Positions 1 to 6,745 of a DNA stretch of 11,363 nt are shown here, in pieces (position 1 is the first letter of the stretch; every line of letters begins with the position of its first letter). Made by a program: the position numbers and the translations under genes. The notes beneath the pieces were generated by a model. The model had not been told where the DNA came from. It was given only the letters and a program-made list of their open reading frames with translations, and made no database searches. The stretch covers positions 710,060 through 721,422 of the forward strand of contig JAWQFM010000017.1 in NCBI GenBank assembly GCA_033442325.1. The letters are read 5' to 3'. The DNA comes from Salpingoeca rosetta (Eukaryota; Protista; Choanoflagellata).

Positions 1-607
1 TCCATCTCAATGCCAAGAAGGACGCAGTTGCCGCGTTCCAGTCTTTCCTGCGCCAGACCAAGCTCCCCATCTCGCCCACAACAACAGCACTCCAGACGGA
101 TTCCGATGCCATCTTCCTCGGAGCTGACTTCCAGGCCATCGTCAAGAAGCACCTGAAGCAGCACCAGCAGTCCCCGCCGTACACCCAGGCGCAGAACGGC
201 ATCGTCGAGCGACAGGTGCGCACCCTCTCCGACATGGTGCGAGCCATGATCACGGGTGCAGGCCTCGACGCATCGTACTGGAGCCTCGCCTGCAACCACG
301 CCCTCCACATCCTCAACAACATGCCTCGCCCTTCCCTCCACGGCAAGACACCGCTGCAGATTGTCACGGGCTCGCTGCCCAAGCACGTGCCACAGCTGCA
401 CGTCTTCGGGCAGCCGGCCGTCGTCCACATCAGCACACAGCGCGGACGCCTGCAGCCCAAGGGCCGCCGAGGCATCTACGTCGGCCACAACAGCAGCAGC
501 AACAGCCACCTCGTCTACTTTGAAGACACGAACACCGTTGTGTCCTCCATCCACGTCCGCTTCCTTCCCTTCTCCAAGGCCGATGATGTCGTGGATGAGG
601 GGGAGGA
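1..607 (+). pseudogene. Family-A copia host copy, left arm: integrase core and C-terminal part, interrupted at 607 by the nested element
   Basis: Matches 3013-~3617 of the inner element with about 5 substitutions counted by eye. The frame starting at 3 encodes LQTDSDAIF...AQNGIVER...RRGIYVGH. The reading frame runs into the LTR at 608 and stops at 621-623. Confidence 0.93.
603..607 (+). repeat. Left target-site duplication GAGGA
   Basis: GAGGA immediately precedes the LTR start TGTTGAGAG at 608. The same 5-mer follows the LTR end ...TTTCTACA at 6063-6067. Confidence 0.88.
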
Positions 608-849
608 TGTTGAGAGTCAGTGAGTTTCTGTTTTGTGTTGAGTCCTTCCTAATTTGCCTTCTCATGTGGTTTTGTCTTGTTTGCCAACACCTGCTTTGTG
701 GTTTTTCCGTTGGAAACCTTCCTTTCTCTCTGCTGGCATGCATGTGTGCCAACTGCCTCTCTCTCCTCCTCCTTCCCTGCACACGTGAGTTGTGTGCCAT
801 GTGTGTGTATGTGTGTGCATGCCCGTCATGCTTGGGCAAATGCTATGCC
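608..849 (+). repeat. 5' LTR of family-A element (visible part; remainder and PBS hidden in gap 850-1207)
   Basis: Aligns to 5503-5749 with about 9 small differences. The remaining 313 bp of LTR would end near 1162, inside the 358-N gap, leaving about 45 nt for the PBS. Confidence 0.93.
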
Positions 850-1207
850 NNNNNNNNNNNNNNNNNNNNNNNNNNNNNNNNNNNNNNNNNNNNNNNNNNN
901 NNNNNNNNNNNNNNNNNNNNNNNNNNNNNNNNNNNNNNNNNNNNNNNNNNNNNNNNNNNNNNNNNNNNNNNNNNNNNNNNNNNNNNNNNNNNNNNNNNNN
1001 NNNNNNNNNNNNNNNNNNNNNNNNNNNNNNNNNNNNNNNNNNNNNNNNNNNNNNNNNNNNNNNNNNNNNNNNNNNNNNNNNNNNNNNNNNNNNNNNNNNN
1101 NNNNNNNNNNNNNNNNNNNNNNNNNNNNNNNNNNNNNNNNNNNNNNNNNNNNNNNNNNNNNNNNNNNNNNNNNNNNNNNNNNNNNNNNNNNNNNNNNNNN
1201 NNNNNNN
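850..1207. other. Assembly gap (358 N)
   Basis: Run of N. Confidence 0.99.
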
Positions 1208-1283
1208 ACTCGCTTGTGCTTCTTCTCTCCCTTCTGCTTGTTCCCCTCTCTTGTTTCTCCATCACCTTTCTTGAGCGTGCAGT

Positions 1284-4200
1284 ATGTCTGACCCGTCGGA
1301 CCACGTCGTTTCCACGCCAGGATTCAAGATGGACCTGCCCAAGTTCTCTGGCTCGCCCGGCACCTTTCATGCGTGGAGCATTCGCATGAAGATGGCGCTC
1401 AAGCTGCGCGGCGACGACGTCTGGGCAGCTGTGGAGGCAGGAGCGTCGTCATCAGGAGGTCCAAGCTCAGCGACACGCTCAAGTGCAAGGAGACCGACAG
1501 CAGGAGATCACGCCAACCTCACCGCTGCAAACCTCATCGCGTCCACGCTCTCAGGCTACCCCCTTCTCCTCTTCACCAACGGAGAAGCAGACGTCAACGC
1601 CGGCCAAGGATGGGCCCGGCTCAAGGACCACTACGCTTCGCAGGACCGCCTCCGCATCGCAGAGCTCAAGGAGGCGCAGCTTCACGTCCCCTGCGGCAAC
1701 CTCGCCCGCTTCTTCGAGCGACAAATGGAGCTGCAGCAGCAGTTGCAGGACGCAGGCGTGCGCCAGGACAACGAGGACCTCTTCACCATCGTCTGGAAGC
1801 AGCTGCCACGCTGGACAGCCCCGCTCACGCTTCCCTACTTTGCCAGTGGCCGCTTTCCCTCCCTCCTCGAGCTCAGCATCAGACTGCAGCAGCTGGAGCA
1901 GCAGATGCGTGGTTCACGCACACAGCCGCAGGCAGGCGGCTTCATGGCAAGCGCACCGCCACGCAGAGGCGGAAGACGCGGCTTCTCCAACAACAGCAAC
2001 AACCACGGACGCCAGGGACGCAACAATGGCAACAGCAACGGCAACAGCAACGGCAAAGGGCGCCGCTTCCGTGGCAACTGTCACTACTGTGGCAAGTATG
2101 GACACCGTGCAGCAGAGTGTCGCAAGAAGCAACGCGACAACGGAGCAACAGGCTTCACTGCACAGGCACAGCATCAACATGGTCAAAACGCAGCAACCTT
2201 CGTCGCTGCCACAGCTACTACACCCACGCAGCTGCATGACCCACTCACGTGGCTTGCAGACACGGGTGCTTCACACCACCTCACCTTCGTCAAGGACGCC
2301 TTCGTGGAGCTGACACCGCACCTGCAACAGCATCATCCACGCCACATCACTGCGTTTGGCGGCACACGTGTGCCCGTGCGTGGTGTTGGCTCTGTGCTGT
2401 TGCATGCACGCACGACGAGCGGAGCTACGATGCAGATTGTGTTGCAGGAGTGCCTCTACGTGCCCGAGGGCCAGGCCAACCTCATCGCCCTCGGTCGTCT
2501 GACTAGGGACAGCAGCGGCAGGCCAACGGGCCACTCGCAGCATGATGGCGCTGATGGGCACTACGTGCGCTTCAGCCACGGAGCCGAGGTCAAGCTGAAG
2601 GAGCGCAGCAGCCTCCGATGCTGGCCCATTGTTGCTGTTGGTCCATCCACGGCACACGGACTCACCGCCGATGCCTGCAAGCAACCACAGCAACCCGCAG
2701 CAGCTCCTGCAGCCCAGAGCAAGGTGCAGACACCATCGATGCATGAGGTGCTTGGCCACCGCAACGACAACGACGTGCAGCAGTACTGCAAGCTGATGGG
2801 CATCGACGATCGCAACGCCATCAGCAGCAAGCAGTGCGCAACGTGTGCAGTGACCAAGAGCACTCGTCACAGCGTCAGCAAGCACGCGGAGCGCACACAG
2901 GTGCCCGGCGAGCGCATCCACGCCGACATCGTCGACTGGACCGCGGACTCACCCACGGGCAAGCGCTACAGCCTCGTCATCGTCGATGAGGGCAGCAAGC
3001 TCCTGCATGCAGTCCATCTCAATGCCAAGAAGGACGCAGTTGCCGCGTTCCAGTCTTTCCTGCGCGAGACCAAGCTCCCCATCTCGCCCACAACAACAGC
3101 ACTCCAGACGGATTCCGATGCCATCTTCCTCGGAGCTGACTTCCAGGCCATCGTCAAGAAGCACCTGAAGCAGCACCAGCAGTCCCCGCCGTACACCCAG
3201 GCGCAGAACGGCATCGTCGAGCGACAGGTGCGCACCCTCTCCGACATGGTGCGAGCCATGATCACGGGTGCAGGCCTCGACGCATCGTACTGGAGCCTCG
3301 CCTGCAACCACGCCCTCCACATCCTCAACAACATGCCTCACCCTTCCCTCTACGGCAAGACACCGCTGCAGATTGTCACGGGCGCGCTGCCCAAGCACGT
3401 GCCACAGCTGCACGTCTTCGGGCAGCCGGCCGTCGTCCACATCAGCACACAGCGCGGACGCCTGCAGCCCAAGGGCCGCCGAGGCATCTACGTCGGCCAC
3501 AACAGCAGCAGCAACAGCCACCTCGTCTACTTTGAAGACACAAACACCGTTGTGTCCTCCATCCACGTCCGCTTCCTTCCCTTCTCCAAGGCCGATGATG
3601 TCGTGGATGAGGGGGAGCAAGTGCAGACAATCCACGACATCGTCCATGCTCCAGCTTCCNNNNNNNNNNNNNNNNNNNNNNNNNNNNNNNNNNNNNNNNN
3701 NNNNNNNNNNNNNNNNNNNNNNNNNNNNNNNNNNNNNNNNNNNNNNNNNNNNNNNNNNNNNNNNNNNNNNNNNNNNNNNNNNNNNNNNNNNNNNNNNNNN
3801 NNNNNNNNNNNNNNNNNNNNNNNNNNNNNNNNNNNNNNNNNNNNNNNNNNNNNNNNNNNGCAGCAGTGGCGACACCAGCCTCACGGAGCCTGCAAGCATC
3901 AAGCAAGCACTCAAGAGCCAGCAACGCAAGCAGTGGACTCAGGCATGCTTGGAGGAGATCGGGGCGATGGAGCGCAACGGCGTCATCAAGCTCATCCCAC
4001 GCAGCGCCGTGCCACGGCAACACACGCCCCTCAAGTCACGCTTCGTCTTCAAGGTGAAGCGTGATGCGGAAGGCACGCTGACGCGCTTCAAGGCACGCTG
4101 GGTCGCCAAGGGCTTCAGCCAGCGACCGGGCATCGACTTCGACCAGACCTACGCCCCAACACCAGCAGCCAAGACCATCCTCACCGTGCTCGCCGTCTCC

Positions 4201-5508
4201 CTGCAACGACAGCACCAGCTGCACCAGCTCGACTTCAAGTCGGCTTACCTGCAGGCTGATCTCAAGGAGGAGCTGTACATGGAGCTGCCGCCGCACTTCA
4301 CCGACATCGGCGACGGCGCTCAACGCTACGCGGGCAAGGTGTGCCGGCTGCTCAAGCCGCTCTACGGTCTCAAGCAAGCTGGCCGTGCATGGGCCAAGAA
4401 GCTGCACACCTTCCTCAAGACCAACGGATGGGCGCAGAGCCACGTCGACGCATGCCTCTTCACCAAGCTCCACGACGACGGACAGCGCACATGGATCATC
4501 ACGTACGTCGACGACCTCATCATCAGCGGCAGCAGCGAGCGCCACATCCGTGCCTGCAAGCAGCAGATCAAGGAGAGCTTCGAGGCAGAGGACCTGGGCC
4601 CGCTCACCTGGTACCTGGGCCTTCACCTGACGTCACCAGCTGACGGCGTGTTGCACATTGCGCAGACACAGGCCATCAACGACATCGTCAACGACTACAA
4701 CCTGGCAGCGGCAGCCAGCGTGTCCACGCCCATGCGTGTTGGCATCGACGCCTCCAGCATCAGCGAGCAGCCCGACCGACGCCTGCCTTTCCGCAACCTC
4801 GTGGGCTCGCTCCTGTACCTGGCCAACCGCACAAGACCAGACGTCAGCTTCGCGTGCGGACTGCTCTGCCGTTACATGGACCGTTACACGACGGTCCACT
4901 GGCAGGCAGCCAAGCACGTCGTGCGGTACCTGAAGGCGACGAGCGAGCACGGCCTCCTCTTCAAGCGACGCAGCGGCACGCGCAAGGACCAGCCGCTGGA
5001 CCTGGTGTGCTACAGCGATGCCAGCTTCGGCACAGACCAGCTGACGGGCCGCTCCACGACGGGCTTCACCTGCTACATCAACGGCTGTCTTGTGTCTTGG
5101 AGTAGCCGGCTGCAACCCACGGTTGCGCTGAGCACCGCTGAGGCCGAGTACATGGCCATCTCCGCTGCAGCGCAGGACGTCGTCTTCCTGCGGCAGCTGC
5201 TCATGGACCTCGGCGAGCCCGAGGCTGGAGCCACCAAGATGCTGACAGATAACCAGGCGGCCATCGCCATCGGCAACGACCACGTCACCAAGCCGCGCAC
5301 GAAGCACATCCGGGTACGCCACCACTTCGTGCGGGAGCTCATCGCCGACGGAACCATTGTGCTGCAGCACTGTCCCGGCACGCGGATGGTTGCCGACGCG
5401 CTGACCAAGGCACTGGACAAGCAGACCTTCGAGCAGCACCTGCCACGACTGGTGGGAACCTCGACGGCTGAGACGGAGCAGAGGAAGGCAGTTGAGGGGG
5501 AGTGTTGA
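1284..5508 (+). CDS. gag-pol: Gag-Pol polyprotein (Gag with CCHC knuckle, aspartic protease, integrase, reverse transcriptase, RNase H); one apparent +1 frameshift at ~3630 and a 200-N gap
   Basis: ATG at 1284 and Gag N-terminal motif LPKFSGSPGTFHAWSIRM. CHYCGKYGHRAAEC at 2079-2120, WLADTGASHH from 2250, HHCC at 2742-2846, and DDE at 2925/3111/3219 with D-35-E spacing. RT motifs FKARWVAKGFSQ, QLDFKSAYL, LYGLKQAGRAW and YVDD (4504-4515). RNase H motifs YSDAS, STAEAEY, TDNQAA, TKHI and ADALTK. Stop TGA at 5506-5508. The span is 4225 nt; removing one extra A gives 1407 codons plus stop. Confidence 0.9.
2079..2120 (+). other. Gag nucleocapsid zinc knuckle CX2CX4HX4C
   Basis: Translation CHYCGKYGHRAAEC. 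Confidence 0.95.
2742..3600 (+). other. Integrase domain (HHCC zinc finger, D-D(35)-E core, degenerate GKGY region)
   Basis: HEVLGH...CATC; IHADIV; LQTDSD; QNGIVER; GIYVGHNSSSNSHLVY...VVSSIHVRF. Confidence 0.93.
3608..3617 (+). promoter_or_regulatory. Candidate central polypurine tract TGAGGGGGAG
   Basis: Exact 10-nt copy of the 3' PPT (5493-5502), located just after the IN domain near the element midpoint. Also present at 596-605 and 11352-11361. Confidence 0.65.
3660..3859. other. Assembly gap (200 N)
   Basis: Run of N. Confidence 0.99.
3862..5508 (+). other. Reverse transcriptase-RNase H portion of pol (open frame after the gap)
   Basis: Uninterrupted frame from SSGDTSLTEPASIKQAL through YVDD and the RNase H motifs to AVEGEC-stop. 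Confidence 0.95.
5494..5502 (+). promoter_or_regulatory. 3' polypurine tract GAGGGGGAG
   Basis: Purine run directly abutting the TG of the 3' LTR at 5503. Confidence 0.92.
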
Positions 5509-6062
5509 GAGTCAGTGAGTTTCTGTTTTGTGTTGAGTCCTTCCTAATTTGCCTTCTCGTGTGGTTTTGTCTTGTTTGCCAACAACACCTGCTTTGTGGT
5601 TTTTCCGTTGGCAAACATTCCTTCCTCTCTGCTGGCATGCATGTGTGCCAACTGCCTCTCCTCTCCTCCTCTTTCCCCTGCACACGTGAGTTGTGTGCCA
5701 TGTGTGTGTGTGTGTGTGCATGCCCGTCATGCTTGGCAAATGCTATGCCTGCGTGCCATGTAGTGTTGTGAAGTGTTGTCTGTTGTGCATGCTTGCCTGC
5801 AAGCATTCATGCCATGCCTAGCATTGCTCTGCGCGCGCATGTATGCATGCTGCTCATTGTTTAGATTGTTTGTGTTCGTGCACACTCTGCCCATGTCGCC
5901 TTGACAGCGTCATTGACTGTGTGTGCACTTGTCTAGTGTTTGTTTGAGCGTGCTGCCCGAGTTGATTTGGCAGCAGCTTGTTGTGCTTGTTCATTCTCCT
6001 TGTGTTCTTGTTTGTTGCGTTTGCCTACAGTAAACACACACACCACCTGTCGTGTTTCTACA
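5503..6062 (+). repeat. 3' LTR of family-A element (560 bp, complete)
   Basis: Begins TGTTGAGAG and ends TTTCTACA (imperfect terminal inverted repeat TGTWGA). Both boundaries are confirmed by the inverted copy at 8430-8985. Confidence 0.96.
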
Positions 6063-6067
6063 GAGGA
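6063..6067 (+). repeat. Right target-site duplication GAGGA
   Basis: Follows the LTR-terminal CA. Removing 608-6067 restores the in-frame sequence GAT GAG GGG GAG GAG CAA GTG (DEGEEQV). Confidence 0.88.
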
Positions 6068-6359
6068 GCAAGTGCAGACATCCACGACATCGTCCATGCT
6101 CCAGCTTCCCAGTGCACGTGACAGCAGCAACAGCACCACTGACGGTGAGCCACCAACGGTTCACATCGACGAGGACCAGGACGAGGATGTCGAGACAGAC
6201 TTCCTGCTCACGGACTTTGACGCCGACAGCAGCAGCGACACCAACGACGCCAACTACGACCCCGACACAACAGATGCAAGCGACACCGAGGCAGGCGCGT
6301 TCACAGCAAGCAGCAGTGGCGACACCAGCCTCACGGAGCCTGCAAGCATCAAGCAAGCA
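6063..6359 (+). pseudogene. Family-A host copy, right arm: acidic IN-RT linker and start of RT
   Basis: EEQVQTSTTSSMLQLPS...DEDQDEDVETD...SSGDTSLTEPASIKQA. Its ends match 3616-3659 and 3860-3909 of the inner element. Truncated by a gap. Confidence 0.9.
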
Positions 6360-6745
6360 NNNNNNNNNNNNNNNNNNNNNNNNNNNNNNNNNNNNNNNNN
6401 NNNNNNNNNNNNNNNNNNNNNNNNNNNNNNNNNNNNNNNNNNNNNNNNNNNNNNNNNNNNNNNNNNNNNNNNNNNNNNNNNNNNNNNNNNNNNNNNNNNN
6501 NNNNNNNNNNNNNNNNNNNNNNNNNNNNNNNNNNNNNNNNNNNNNNNNNNNNNNNNNNNNNNNNNNNNNNNNNNNNNNNNNNNNNNNNNNNNNNNNNNNN
6601 NNNNNNNNNNNNNNNNNNNNNNNNNNNNNNNNNNNNNNNNNNNNNNNNNNNNNNNNNNNNNNNNNNNNNNNNNNNNNNNNNNNNNNNNNNNNNNNNNNNN
6701 NNNNNNNNNNNNNNNNNNNNNNNNNNNNNNNNNNNNNNNNNNNNN
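6360..6745. other. Assembly gap (386 N)
   Basis: Run of N. Confidence 0.99.

Larger units (their letters stand above)
608..6062 (+). mobile_element. Near full-length Ty1/copia LTR retrotransposon (family A)
   Basis: TG...CA termini, direct LTRs (608- and 5503-6062), 5-bp TSD, PPT before the 3' LTR and domain order gag-PR-IN-RT-RH (IN before RT is diagnostic of copia). It spans two N-gaps. Confidence 0.93.

Noticed and set aside
1208-1283. Primer-binding site
   Set aside because: It should follow the 5' LTR end, which falls in the N-gap. Both complete LTRs are 3' LTRs followed by target DNA, so the tRNA primer cannot be assigned.
3620-3640. Programmed ribosomal frameshift between IN and RT
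   Set aside because: No slippery heptamer is visible, and the sister copy at 6063-6359 is in frame without the extra base.
2271-5439. Long antisense and alternate-frame ORFs over gag-pol (e.g. 2271..2921, 2949..3929, 4036..4626, 4633..5439, 1373..2239)
   Set aside because: Expected shadows of a GC3-rich coding frame, with no recognisable motifs.
3860-5508. Prokaryotic RT system (retron, DGR, group II intron, CRISPR-associated RT)
   Set aside because: The RT has copia-specific motifs, is fused to IN and RNase H, and is flanked by LTRs. No array or template repeat is present.
5502-5806. Cys-rich or hydrophobic ORFs in the LTRs (also 8669..8986), superficially env-like or membrane-like
   Set aside because: They are translations of TG-rich LTR DNA, mostly with non-ATG starts, and indels between LTR copies change the frames.
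5940-6359. LTR-to-pol in-frame fusions (5940 onward on +, 8514 onward on -)
   Set aside because: Both use TTG starts and different LTR frames, so they are best explained as chance read-through at insertion junctions.
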